Assembly: GCA_965205015.1 (NCBI GenBank)
Contig: OZ242029.1
Location: 1,952,001-2,016,000, forward strand
Length of the DNA stretch: 64,000 bases
DNA from: Candidatus Poribacteria bacterium
Lineage (GTDB): Bacteria; Poribacteria; WGA-4E; WGA-3G
Reading direction: 5' to 3'
A program made the translations under genes and the position numbers. The number at the start of each line of letters is the position of its first letter. Within the stretch, counting starts at the first letter, position 1. Under the pieces are notes generated by a model, which did not search any database, was not told the origin of the DNA, and saw only the letters and a list, made by a program, of their open reading frames with translations. Below, in pieces: positions 9,023 to 18,250 of the stretch.

Positions 9023-10369
9023 TTACACTTCAGTTTCGTTTCCGTTGACAACCGGCATCTTGATGAATAAACTTGTGATCGCATTGCCTTCTGTAGCAGT
9101 AATTTCAAATTCGATACCGTTCTCGTCAATATAGGATTCACCAACGGACGGAATGCGACCAAAGAGTCCGAGAACATAGCCACCAATGGTGTCTACGTCG
9201 TCTTCGCTGAGTTTTAATGCAAATTGCTGATTGAGTTCGCGAATGCTCATACGCCCAGAAGTTTCAAGTAACAACGGGGCTTCAGAGTGTTTGACCAGAT
9301 CAGGGGCGGCATCGTCTCTATCGTGTTCATCAACAATGTCTCCGACAACCTGTTCGATAATGTCTTCGGTGGTGACAATTCCTGAAACGCCGCCATACTC
9401 ATCTCGGAGGATCGCCATTTTGGTTTTTTCGCGGGTCAGTTGTAATAGCAATGCCCCGATCTTACGGGTCTCAAGGACAAAAATGGGGTCGCGAATGACG
9501 GAGGCATTAGAAGGCACTTCAGAAATCTGATCCCGTTTTTCGAGGAAAGCATCAAGTGTAAGTGAATTCGCAGCAGCGTGTCGCCAGAGTGCTAAATCTT
9601 TAACATAGAAGATGCCACAAATATTATCGATTTGCTCTTGATAGACCGGAATACGTGAAAACCCATATTCCTTTGCTTGCTTTAATGTTTCTTGAATAGT
9701 GTTTGATGTTGGCACTGCAATGACTTCAGTCCGTGGCACCATAATCTCTTTTGCCTCAATGTCACGTAATTGGAGAATATTGCTCACAATTTCCCGTTCA
9801 TCGGGCGGCAGGGCTTCTTCGTGATAGGTATCGACAATATCTCTAAAATCTGTTGCTGTGAGATGTTCTGTAGGGGATGGATGTCCGCCAAATACTGGAA
9901 TAAGAAAGTCAATGATCCGCCGTAACAAGCCACGTAACGGCGTAATGATAATGGAGAATATCCATAACGGCGGTGCAGCGACTTTTGAAAAAAATTCCGC
10001 ATGCTTAATCGCATAACTTTTCGGAGTCATTTCACCGAAAATAAGCATGAGGATGACACTGACGGCTGTGGCTGTGGCAAACTGGATCACTTCTGTGTAT
10101 TGCGGAAGCACCCGTTTCACAAGCCATAGCATCAATATCGCAAACGAGACATTGACAAGATTATTACCAAGTAGAACGGTGATAAACAGTCTGCGTGGGT
10201 TATCAACAAAACTAACGATTGCAGAAGCACTGCCTTTTTCAAGGCGGAGCCTTTCAATTTGAACGCGGGTCAGCGCGCATAGAGCCGTCTCGGAGCCGGA
10301 GAAGAAGCCTGAGAGGACGAGTAACCCTGCTAAACCGATTAGATAGGGGAGTAGTGGAACAACTTCCAT
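9023..10369 (-). CDS. CNNM/DUF21-CBS-CorC (hemolysin-family) membrane protein, second paralogue
   Basis: SGFFSGSETAL, FGEMTPK, GFSRIPVY and DEYGGVSGIVTTEDIIEQVVGD. Confidence 0.93.
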   Translation of the reverse strand: MEVVPLLPYLIGLAGLLVLSGFFSGSETALCALTRVQIERLRLEKGSASAIVSFVDNPRRLFITVLLGNNLVNVSFAILMLWLVKRVLPQYTEVIQFATATAVSVILMLIFGEMTPKSYAIKHAEFFSKVAAPPLWIFSIIITPLRGLLRRIIDFLIPVFGGHPSPTEHLTATDFRDIVDTYHEEALPPDEREIVSNILQLRDIEAKEIMVPRTEVIAVPTSNTIQETLKQAKEYGFSRIPVYQEQIDNICGIFYVKDLALWRHAAANSLTLDAFLEKRDQISEVPSNASVIRDPIFVLETRKIGALLLQLTREKTKMAILRDEYGGVSGIVTTEDIIEQVVGDIVDEHDRDDAAPDLVKHSEAPLLLETSGRMSIRELNQQFALKLSEDDVDTIGGYVLGLFGRIPSVGESYIDENGIEFEITATEGNAITSLFIKMPVVNGNETEV

Positions 10370-10586
10370 TCTTTTTTAAAAAACAATGTTTCGACGAAAT
10401 CGCAGGTCGAAAATTGTTATTAAGTGCACTGGATCAGCGGTAATTTGTAATCTGGGCATTTGCTTAATGATAACATATTGACAAAAAAATCGCAACAAAA
10501 ATATCACCTTTTACAGATAGTGTTTACAAGGCAATATTAAGAAATACCTTTAACCTCAAACGAATCCTACTAATTTTGAGGGGGCT

Positions 10587-11246
10587 ATGACAAAATTAGA
10601 ACAGATGCAACAGATTGAAGCCTGTGGTATTGTCGCGATTATTCGCGCCAATAGCGCAGATGAATTGATTGAAGCAGCGGCGGCAATTCATGCAGGTGGT
10701 GTTAACGTAATTGAAGTGACGATGACGACACCGAACGCGTTACAAGTAATTAACGATGTTTCAGCCACGTATGGGGATACTGTTCTCGTTGGTGCCGGAT
10801 CGGTGTTAGACGCAGAAACTGCACGCGCTGTGATGTTATCAGGCGCTGACTTTGTTGTCAGTCCAGTTACGAAATCAGAGGTCATCGAGATTTGTAACCG
10901 CTACGGTAAAGTTGTGATTCCTGGGGCTTTTACCCCAACCGAAATCTTGATGGCTTGGGAAACAGGTGCGGACTATGTGAAGGTGTTCCCGTCAAGTGGT
11001 GTTGGTGCCGATTATATAAAAGACGTGAAGGCACCGCTGCCACAAATCCCGTTGGTTCCAACAGGAGGCATCAACGCGGAAAACGCAGCTGATTTTATCA
11101 CAGCCGGGGCAACCGCTTTGGGAGTCGGTAGTGCACTCGTTAACAACCAACTCATTGCGGCTGGTGAATTCGGCAGCCTCACGGAGAGAGCTGAGAAGTT
11201 GGTTAAGGAGGTGCAACGCGCTCGATCAGGCTCCAATTCAGTTTAG
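10587..11246 (+). CDS. eda: KDPG/KHG aldolase
   Basis: IVAIIR, IEVTM, VGAGSV, PGAFTPTEI, VKVFP and PTGGI motifs. Confidence 0.9.
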   Translation: MTKLEQMQQIEACGIVAIIRANSADELIEAAAAIHAGGVNVIEVTMTTPNALQVINDVSATYGDTVLVGAGSVLDAETARAVMLSGADFVVSPVTKSEVIEICNRYGKVVIPGAFTPTEILMAWETGADYVKVFPSSGVGADYIKDVKAPLPQIPLVPTGGINAENAADFITAGATALGVGSALVNNQLIAAGEFGSLTERAEKLVKEVQRARSGSNSV

Positions 11247-11340
11247 ATGTGTTCAAAATGTATTTTTATGTTGACAATTAATCTCAATTTTGTTAATTTT
11301 AATGTTAAAATGTATACCCTGTCCCCTTTGAGTGCCAATT

Positions 11341-13275
11341 ATGCAGATTGATCAACTCATCTTAGATAAATATAGATTGCTTGAGTTTCTCAATTCAGGG
11401 GGATTCTCTTCGGTTTTTCGCGCCCGCGAAGAAATGACAAATCGGATTGTTGCGATTAAAGCCTTGGCAAAAACTGCCTATCCCGCCAGTAGAATGAAGT
11501 TTTTGCTGACCGAATTCCAAGCAATGTCGAAAATTTGGAAACATCCAAATATCGTCTCCATTCATACCGTCGAACCCGGCAAAGATGATTATGTTGCCTG
11601 GATAGTAATGGAATATGTTGAGGGTAAAAGTCTTCATGATCTCATGCAGGAGGGGGCACTCAGCCTAACAGATACCCTCAATATCGGCTTAGACATTTGT
11701 CGCGGACTAAAAGCAGCACATGCACACAAGATTATGCATCGCGATATCAAACCGCAGAATATTTTACTCACAACCGAAAAAGAGGCAAAAGTCGCCGACT
11801 TTAGCATCGCACGCATATTTGGCGAAACCACCGAATTCGCCGAGACCATGGCTGGCACGCGACGTTATATGGCACCCGAACAACACTACGGAGCTTATGA
11901 CTATCGCGCAGATCTTTATTCCACAGCACTCATCTTGTATCAAGCTGTAACCGGACGCTTCCCATTTTCAGGTGAAAACAAGGAAATTGATAAAAAGAAA
12001 GCAGCCGGGGAAATAGAGGAAATCCATAGATGCCCCGAAGTACTCCGCAATTTCCTACAAAAAGCACTGCACCGCCAACTCCCAGAACGCCATCAGAGTG
12101 CCGATGAGATGTACGAAGAACTGGATCGGATTCGCCAAGATGAGTATGTGAAACAAGTGTCCCAACTTATTGAAGCAAGCGTTAATTCTAATAATCCGAG
12201 ATTAGCAGAAGCACTTGAACGATACCGTAAAATGTTTCGGCTCTCACTCGCAGATGCCGAACGGATGAATCAAAATCTCTTTTTTCAACGACGACAGAAA
12301 GAGGAAAATAGTAAACGCGAGAAGATCCTAACCCAAGTTCAAAAACACTATACACTCGCCACACGTTACATCGAAAACCAAGATTTTCAAAGCGTGCTAT
12401 CAGAACTCAACAAAGCAAGCAGTCTTTGTATCGACGATCGGGACTTAACCGGAGTTATAGACAATTTGTTTGACGAGCTCAGATCCGAGAACATGGTTTT
12501 TCCATCAAGCCTGACTGTTGAGGAAATTGTTGCACTCATTCAGAAATTACCGGAGAATGAAAGTAGTGTTCTTCGTACGTGGCTTGAACATCAAGTACCA
12601 GCACCGGAAGAAACAATAGATGTAACGCCCATACGCCCTCGCGTGAGAGCAACCGGCAGTTATCGACTCATAATTGAGGAAGCCTCACCGGAATTCCTGC
12701 TTGATCAGGTTCACAGCGACATCCAATATCCACACGAGATAGAAGCATTTCGTATCTTCCGGCAAATTCAAATCTATGAACAACAGGGGCGGACCGGGCA
12801 GTGTCACGTGCTTTATAGGAAACTCGGTAAATTCTATCAAAAGCAGGCTAACAATTTTGTCAAGAAAGACGATTTAGAACTCGTCGCTAACTGTTATACG
12901 CGCGCCCGTTTTGCTTACACCGTTGCAGAGAAACAGCGGCTCGCCAGGAAAAACGCTAAAAAGGGTGGGATTTATTACACGCGCTTGGCACGTCAATTCG
13001 AACTACAGCGTTCCTGGGAAGAAGCAGGAAAATCTTATATCCTCGCTGCTTACAATCATAGCTACGCAAATTTGCTGTCGCTTGTCGAAGAATGCCATCG
13101 GATGGCAATCGTCTGTTATTTTAACGCTGCTGAAAGTGCGCATCTCAATAATGACTTACAAACCGCTTATGACTTTTACACGTTAATCTTAGCAGTTGGT
13201 GAAAAAATGTCTACACCGACAAAAATGGTAAGCGAAGCACAAAAATTAATGTCGGAAATCCCGGTCGAAGGTTAA
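11341..13275 (+). CDS. Hanks-type Ser/Thr protein kinase with a helical (TPR/SNAP-like) C-terminal region
   Basis: SGGFSSVF, VAIK, HRDIKPQN, ADFSIA, GTRRYMAPE and DLYS motifs. No TM helix is visible. Confidence 0.9.
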   Translation: MQIDQLILDKYRLLEFLNSGGFSSVFRAREEMTNRIVAIKALAKTAYPASRMKFLLTEFQAMSKIWKHPNIVSIHTVEPGKDDYVAWIVMEYVEGKSLHDLMQEGALSLTDTLNIGLDICRGLKAAHAHKIMHRDIKPQNILLTTEKEAKVADFSIARIFGETTEFAETMAGTRRYMAPEQHYGAYDYRADLYSTALILYQAVTGRFPFSGENKEIDKKKAAGEIEEIHRCPEVLRNFLQKALHRQLPERHQSADEMYEELDRIRQDEYVKQVSQLIEASVNSNNPRLAEALERYRKMFRLSLADAERMNQNLFFQRRQKEENSKREKILTQVQKHYTLATRYIENQDFQSVLSELNKASSLCIDDRDLTGVIDNLFDELRSENMVFPSSLTVEEIVALIQKLPENESSVLRTWLEHQVPAPEETIDVTPIRPRVRATGSYRLIIEEASPEFLLDQVHSDIQYPHEIEAFRIFRQIQIYEQQGRTGQCHVLYRKLGKFYQKQANNFVKKDDLELVANCYTRARFAYTVAEKQRLARKNAKKGGIYYTRLARQFELQRSWEEAGKSYILAAYNHSYANLLSLVEECHRMAIVCYFNAAESAHLNNDLQTAYDFYTLILAVGEKMSTPTKMVSEAQKLMSEIPVEG

Positions 13276-13286
13276 AGGAACTACAC

Positions 13287-14075
13287 GTGAAAGCAGCTTT
13301 AAAACGCGGAGAAGTGCTTGTCGGAACATTTGTACTTGAATTCGCTGGCTCCGCAATTGCAACACTGCTCGCAAGTGCCGGGGCAGACTTTCTTATCGCA
13401 GACTTGGAACACAGCTCCTTCTCCATAGAAACGATTGGACGGACAATTCGGAACGCACGGGGTTCAAACCTTCCCTGTATTGTCCGTGTTCCGACACTTG
13501 AACGCCACTTTGTCTCTCGAGTACTTGATGCAGGCGCAACCGGAGTCATGATTCCTCGGGTCGAATCCTCTGAAGACCTTGAGAAAATTAAGAAATGGAC
13601 AAAATACGCCCCTGAAGGTGACCGAGGCGTCGCTTTCGGTATTGGACATACCGATTATGGGGACTTCACAAAACTCGATACCAGAGAGTATGTCCACAAC
13701 GCAAATCAAGAAATCCTCACCATCGGGCAAATTGAAACCATCCAAGCTGTTGAAAACCTAAATGAGATCCTTGAGGCTGGTGAATTGGATGTTGTATTTA
13801 TCGGTCCCTACGACCTATCCACATCTATGGGTATCTCCGGTGAACTCAGCCATCCACTGCTTTTAGAAGCCATAAAAAATATTATTAACCTCACGCAGAC
13901 ACATAATATTCCTTTAGGCTGTTATGTCAACGACTTTGAGAGCGGTGAACAGTGGTTAAATCTCGGTGTTCAATTGATCGCGTGCGGAAATGATGCTTTT
14001 CTCTTAACCCGTAAATTTGCTGAGGAACATCAAAAATTCAAAAATGCCGTAACAGTTTCAAACACCCGTAAATAA
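13287..14075 (+). CDS. HpcH/HpaI-family class II aldolase
   Basis: DLEHS, VRVP, LDAGATGVMIP, QIET and FIGPYDLS motifs. Confidence 0.9.
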   Translation: MKAALKRGEVLVGTFVLEFAGSAIATLLASAGADFLIADLEHSSFSIETIGRTIRNARGSNLPCIVRVPTLERHFVSRVLDAGATGVMIPRVESSEDLEKIKKWTKYAPEGDRGVAFGIGHTDYGDFTKLDTREYVHNANQEILTIGQIETIQAVENLNEILEAGELDVVFIGPYDLSTSMGISGELSHPLLLEAIKNIINLTQTHNIPLGCYVNDFESGEQWLNLGVQLIACGNDAFLLTRKFAEEHQKFKNAVTVSNTRK

Positions 14076-14125
14076 AGGGTTGACCGGTTTTTAATTTTTA
14101 AAATAGCATACACGCTGCAGAAAAA

Positions 14126-15133
14126 ATGGAAACTTACGATATTCTCACAATCGGACGAAGTTCTTTAGACCTCTACGCGAACGACATCGGTGCGGCGTTT
14201 CCAGATATTAAAAGTTTTGGTGCCTTTGTCGGCGGATGTCCTACAAATATCAGCGTGGGTGTCCAGCGGCTCGGGCTTCAAGCTGCCCTTCTCACAGCCG
14301 TCGGTGAGGATCCCGTTGGCGAGTTTCTACTCAAGTTTTTGAAGGATGAGGGCGTTGAAATTCAGTTTATTCCACACAAACCCGGGTATCGAACAAGTGC
14401 CGTCGTACTCGGTATTGAGCCGCCAGATCGCTTCCCATTGATTTATTATCGCGATAACTGTGCGGATATTGAACTCACTATTGACGATGTTCTCGCCTCG
14501 CCGATCGCTGAAAGTCGAGCAGTGCTAATATCTGGAACGGGCTTGAGTAAAGAACCGAGTCGCAGCGCAACACTCTACGCTGCAGAACAAGCACAAGCAC
14601 TCGGCAAACACGTCTTTTTGGACCTGGATTTCCGGGCGGATCAGTGGCATGATCCAAGAGCCTTCGGTGTTGTCATGCGATCAGCTTTACGTTATATTGA
14701 TATTGCCATCGGGACAGAGGAAGAGATCAAAGCCGCAACGCTTACGAGCCTTTCACAACTCACAATTGAACACTCTCAAATCTCAAATCCTACGATTGAA
14801 GGGGATATGGCACTTGCGATTGAGACACTTTTAAGCGCGGGTCCAGACGCACTGATAGTAAAACGTGGGATTGAAGGCGCGGATGTTCATTTAGCGACCG
14901 GAGAAATCGTTCACGCGGAACCCTTTCCTGTCGAAGTTTACAATACACTCGGTGCTGGTGATGCTTTCGCGAGCGGTTTTATTTACGGTCATCTCAGTAG
15001 TTGGGGTTGGAAAAAATCTGCCCGTCTCGGCAATGCCACGGGTGCGATTGTCGTAACACGGCACGGTTGTGCAAACTTTATGCCGACAATGCCCGAAGTT
15101 GATGAATTTGTCGCAGAACGCGGCGGATGGTAA
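14126..15133 (+). CDS. iolC: 5-dehydro-2-deoxygluconokinase
   Basis: IGRSSLDLY, GGCPTNI, YYRDNCAD, DLDFRADQW and GAGDAF (PfkB) motifs. Adjacent to iolD. Confidence 0.92.
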   Translation: METYDILTIGRSSLDLYANDIGAAFPDIKSFGAFVGGCPTNISVGVQRLGLQAALLTAVGEDPVGEFLLKFLKDEGVEIQFIPHKPGYRTSAVVLGIEPPDRFPLIYYRDNCADIELTIDDVLASPIAESRAVLISGTGLSKEPSRSATLYAAEQAQALGKHVFLDLDFRADQWHDPRAFGVVMRSALRYIDIAIGTEEEIKAATLTSLSQLTIEHSQISNPTIEGDMALAIETLLSAGPDALIVKRGIEGADVHLATGEIVHAEPFPVEVYNTLGAGDAFASGFIYGHLSSWGWKKSARLGNATGAIVVTRHGCANFMPTMPEVDEFVAERGGW

Positions 15134-15196
15134 CACACTGTGGTTTGGGTGCCATACCGCAGCCATACACTACTTGTCAAAGGAGCAGCAATTCTC

Positions 15197-17062
15197 ATGA
15201 AAGTACAGAAACTCACGATGGGACAAGCCATCGTTCAATTTCTTCGACAACAATATGTCGAACGAGATGGGAACGAAACCCAATTTTTTGCGGGTATGTT
15301 CGGAATCTTCGGTCACGGAAACGTTGCTGGTATCGGTCAAGCGTTGCATCAGTATTCCGATGCCTTCCGTTTCTACCAGACTCGGAACGAACAATCCATG
15401 GTACATACCGCCGCTGCATTTACCAAAATGAACAATCGCCTGCGAACTTTTGCTTGCACGACGTCCATCGGACCAGGCGCAACAAACATGGTTACGGGTG
15501 CTGCAGGCGCAACGATTAACCGACTGCCGGTGCTCTTACTACCGGGTGACATTTTTTCCACACGCTTAGTCGCCCCAGTTTTACAGCAGCTCGAATCCGC
15601 CAGTTCACAAGATTATTCAGTGAACGATTGTTTCAAGCCGATTTCGCGGTATTGGGACCGAATTAATCGTCCAGAGCAGATAATTACTGCCTTGCCAGAG
15701 GCAATGCGAGTGCTAACATCGCAGGCTGATACAGGGACAGTAACCTTAGCACTTCCACAAGACGTTCAGGCTGAAGCGTATGATTATCCCTCACAACTTT
15801 TTGAGAAACGTGTTTATACCATATCTCGACCCCGGGCTGATGTAAGCCTACTTAATCGCGCAACGGCATGGATTCGTGAAAGTCAACGCCCTTTAATTAT
15901 TGCCGGTGGTGGTGTCATCTACGGTGAAGCCACAGCGCAACTCGCACAATTCGCAGAGAAAACCGGTATTCCTGTCGGTGAAACTTTCGCCGGAAAAGGT
16001 TCACTGTCCTACAACCATCCACAAAATCTTGGAGCGATAGGGGCGACGGGAACGCCAGGGGCAAATATCACTGCCCGAGAGGCAGATTTGGTAATCGCAA
16101 TCGGCACGCGCTTGAGCGATTTTACGACTGCTTCCAAGACTGCTTTCCAAAACCCCAACGTCCGTTTCATTAACATTAATGTTGCGGAATTCGATGCCTT
16201 TAAACATGCCGCCTTACCGCTCGTCGCCGACGCGCGCGTCACACTTGAGGAACTCGCTACCGCCGTCGGGAACTATCACGTTGATGCCGCCTATGCCACA
16301 CAAATTAAGAACTATCGCGATGAATGGGAAGAAGAAGTGGATCGGCTTTACCACCTTGGTCATCATCCTTTACCGAGTCAAAGTGAGGTCATCGGTGTGG
16401 TTAACGAATTTTCACGTCCCGAAGATGTCATGGTTTGCGCGGCAGGGAGTCTCCCTGGGGACTTGCACAAGTTGTGGCGCACTCGTAACCCGAAGCAGTA
16501 CCATTTAGAATACGGATACTCCTGTATGGGTTACGAAATTGCTGGTGGATTGGGCATCAAAATGGCAGATCCGAACCGCGATGTTTACGTCATGGTTGGT
16601 GATGGTTCATACTTAATGCTGGCGCAAGAGATCATCACGTCAATTCAGGAAGGTTTTAAACTCATTATTGTGCTTGTGAACAACGAGGGGCATAGCAGCA
16701 TCGGCGGATTGTCTCGGGCAACCGGTGCACAAGGCTTTGCTACCCGCTTCCGCTATCGCGACGAAGAGACTGGTGAACTTGAGGGCGACTTTTTACCAGT
16801 GGATCTCGCCGCGAATGCCGCCAGTCTTGGTGCCAAGGTAATTGAGGCAACAACCTTGCAAAGCCTAAAAGCCGCTCTCCATGAGGCACGAGAAGCTGAG
16901 CACACGACCGTTGTGAAAATTGATGTCGACTACTACCAAGGAGTTCCGCGCTATGAATCGTGGTGGGATGTACCTATCGCAGAAGTCTCCGAAGTTGACA
17001 CGGCGCAAGAGGCGTATGAAGAATACGAATTGGATAAGAAAAAGGAACGCTACTTCCTTTAG
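15197..17062 (+). CDS. iolD: 3D-(3,5/4)-trihydroxycyclohexane-1,2-dione acylhydrolase (TPP-dependent)
   Basis: GIFGHGNV, RNEQSMVH, EYGYSCMGYEIAG, GDGSYLM and SWWDVP motifs. RBS AGGAG precedes ATG 15197. Confidence 0.95.
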   Translation: MKVQKLTMGQAIVQFLRQQYVERDGNETQFFAGMFGIFGHGNVAGIGQALHQYSDAFRFYQTRNEQSMVHTAAAFTKMNNRLRTFACTTSIGPGATNMVTGAAGATINRLPVLLLPGDIFSTRLVAPVLQQLESASSQDYSVNDCFKPISRYWDRINRPEQIITALPEAMRVLTSQADTGTVTLALPQDVQAEAYDYPSQLFEKRVYTISRPRADVSLLNRATAWIRESQRPLIIAGGGVIYGEATAQLAQFAEKTGIPVGETFAGKGSLSYNHPQNLGAIGATGTPGANITAREADLVIAIGTRLSDFTTASKTAFQNPNVRFININVAEFDAFKHAALPLVADARVTLEELATAVGNYHVDAAYATQIKNYRDEWEEEVDRLYHLGHHPLPSQSEVIGVVNEFSRPEDVMVCAAGSLPGDLHKLWRTRNPKQYHLEYGYSCMGYEIAGGLGIKMADPNRDVYVMVGDGSYLMLAQEIITSIQEGFKLIIVLVNNEGHSSIGGLSRATGAQGFATRFRYRDEETGELEGDFLPVDLAANAASLGAKVIEATTLQSLKAALHEAREAEHTTVVKIDVDYYQGVPRYESWWDVPIAEVSEVDTAQEAYEEYELDKKKERYFL

Positions 17063-17093
17063 TCTTTGAATTGATGCGAACAAAGGGAAAGCC

Positions 17094-17333
17094 ATGAAAG
17101 CATCAGAACTGTTAGCAAAAGTCAAATCGGGATACGCTATTCCTTGCGATTCATGTGATGAGAAAATCCCAGCGAATGACATTTTGGGATTTGTGTTTAA
17201 GTTGGGAACACTCGCGCCGGGCATGGAAAACGCAAACGTCGGTGATATTACCTGCGTTAAATGCCAAATTGCAGATCCAGATATTAATACTGAACCGCGC
17301 GGACCAGATGTTAAATTCGTTCGTGGTGACTGA
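17094..17333 (+). CDS. Small CxxC...CxxC putative zinc-binding protein
   Basis: 79 aa with CDSC and CVKC. Purine-rich RBS-like sequence; follows iolD. Confidence 0.6.
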   Translation: MKASELLAKVKSGYAIPCDSCDEKIPANDILGFVFKLGTLAPGMENANVGDITCVKCQIADPDINTEPRGPDVKFVRGD

Positions 17334-17336
17334 TCT

Positions 17337-17452
17337 GTGATACCACCCAACGCCTAAAGGCGTGGGCTTCGGCTTCATAGCGACTGCGGTTTTCGCTCAA
17401 GCGGCCACCGTCTTACTGTCGCTCCACCCGCGGGTTCTTATTCCGACAATCC
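17337..17452 (-). mobile_element. IS200/IS605 (TnpB-type) right-end / reRNA-scaffold-like non-autonomous element
   Basis: Minus strand reads ...GGTGGAG...GTAAGAC...GCTATGAAGCCGAAGCCCACGCCTTTAGGCGTTGGGTGGTATCAC, which is a subterminal hairpin followed by the TCAC end motif. No tnpA or tnpB ORF nearby. The left boundary is uncertain. Confidence 0.65.
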
Positions 17453-17498
17453 GTCAATGCCCGTAAGGATTGGTATCCGTATTTGCCCACACTTCGAT

Positions 17499-18239
17499 AT
17501 GTCCGAATACATTGTTGGTAGAAATCCAGTTATAGAACACCTACAGCGTGGGACTCAAGCCATAGAAAAAATCTGGATTGCCAAAGGGAATACCCACTCG
17601 CGCATCCAACATATTGTCTCAATGGCGGAAAAGGCGGGAGTCCCTATAAAACGCTGTACGCGACGTGAACTGGATAGACTTGAGCCATCTGTACCACACC
17701 AAGGTGTTATCGCCCTTGTCAATCCAACGCGTTACAAGGATCTGCCCTCAATACTCGCGAAAATAGAACACAGTCAACACAACGCGCTATTAATTATCTT
17801 AGATAACATTCAAGACCCAAGAAACCTTGGGGCGATTCTCCGTACCGCTGATGCTGTAAATGCCGATGCTGTTATCATTCCAAAAAATCGTGCTGTCGGT
17901 ATCACAGCAGCTGTTCACAAAGCATCAGCCGGTGCATCCACATATGTACCTATCGTCAAAGTGACGAACATCGCACATACCATAGACACGCTTAAAAACA
18001 GAGGAATCTGGGTTGCCGGGACCGCTGGGAATGCATCTTGTCTGTACACAGAGGCTGACTTTAGGGTGCCACTGTGTCTCGTCTTAGGAAGTGAAGGTAA
18101 AGGTCTCCGACGGCTTGTCAAACAGAAATGTGATTATCTTGTTCACCTGCCGATGTTAGGCACAATTGACTCTCTCAACGTTTCAGTTGCAGCGGGTGTG
18201 CTGTTATATGAAGTCATTCGGCAGCGCCATGTGAAATGA
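17499..18239 (+). CDS. rlmB: 23S rRNA (guanosine-2'-O)-methyltransferase, SpoU family
   Basis: YIVGRNPV, HQGV, DPRNLGAILRTA, GSEGKGLR and SLNVSVAAG motifs. Confidence 0.93.
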   Translation: MSEYIVGRNPVIEHLQRGTQAIEKIWIAKGNTHSRIQHIVSMAEKAGVPIKRCTRRELDRLEPSVPHQGVIALVNPTRYKDLPSILAKIEHSQHNALLIILDNIQDPRNLGAILRTADAVNADAVIIPKNRAVGITAAVHKASAGASTYVPIVKVTNIAHTIDTLKNRGIWVAGTAGNASCLYTEADFRVPLCLVLGSEGKGLRRLVKQKCDYLVHLPMLGTIDSLNVSVAAGVLLYEVIRQRHVK

Positions 18240-18250
18240 ATCAGCGTACT

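Noticed and set aside
17331-17370. TGA of the CxxC gene followed by a hairpin, as a possible SECIS
   Set aside because: The frame hits TAA seven codons later, and the hairpin is explained by the IS605-type end.
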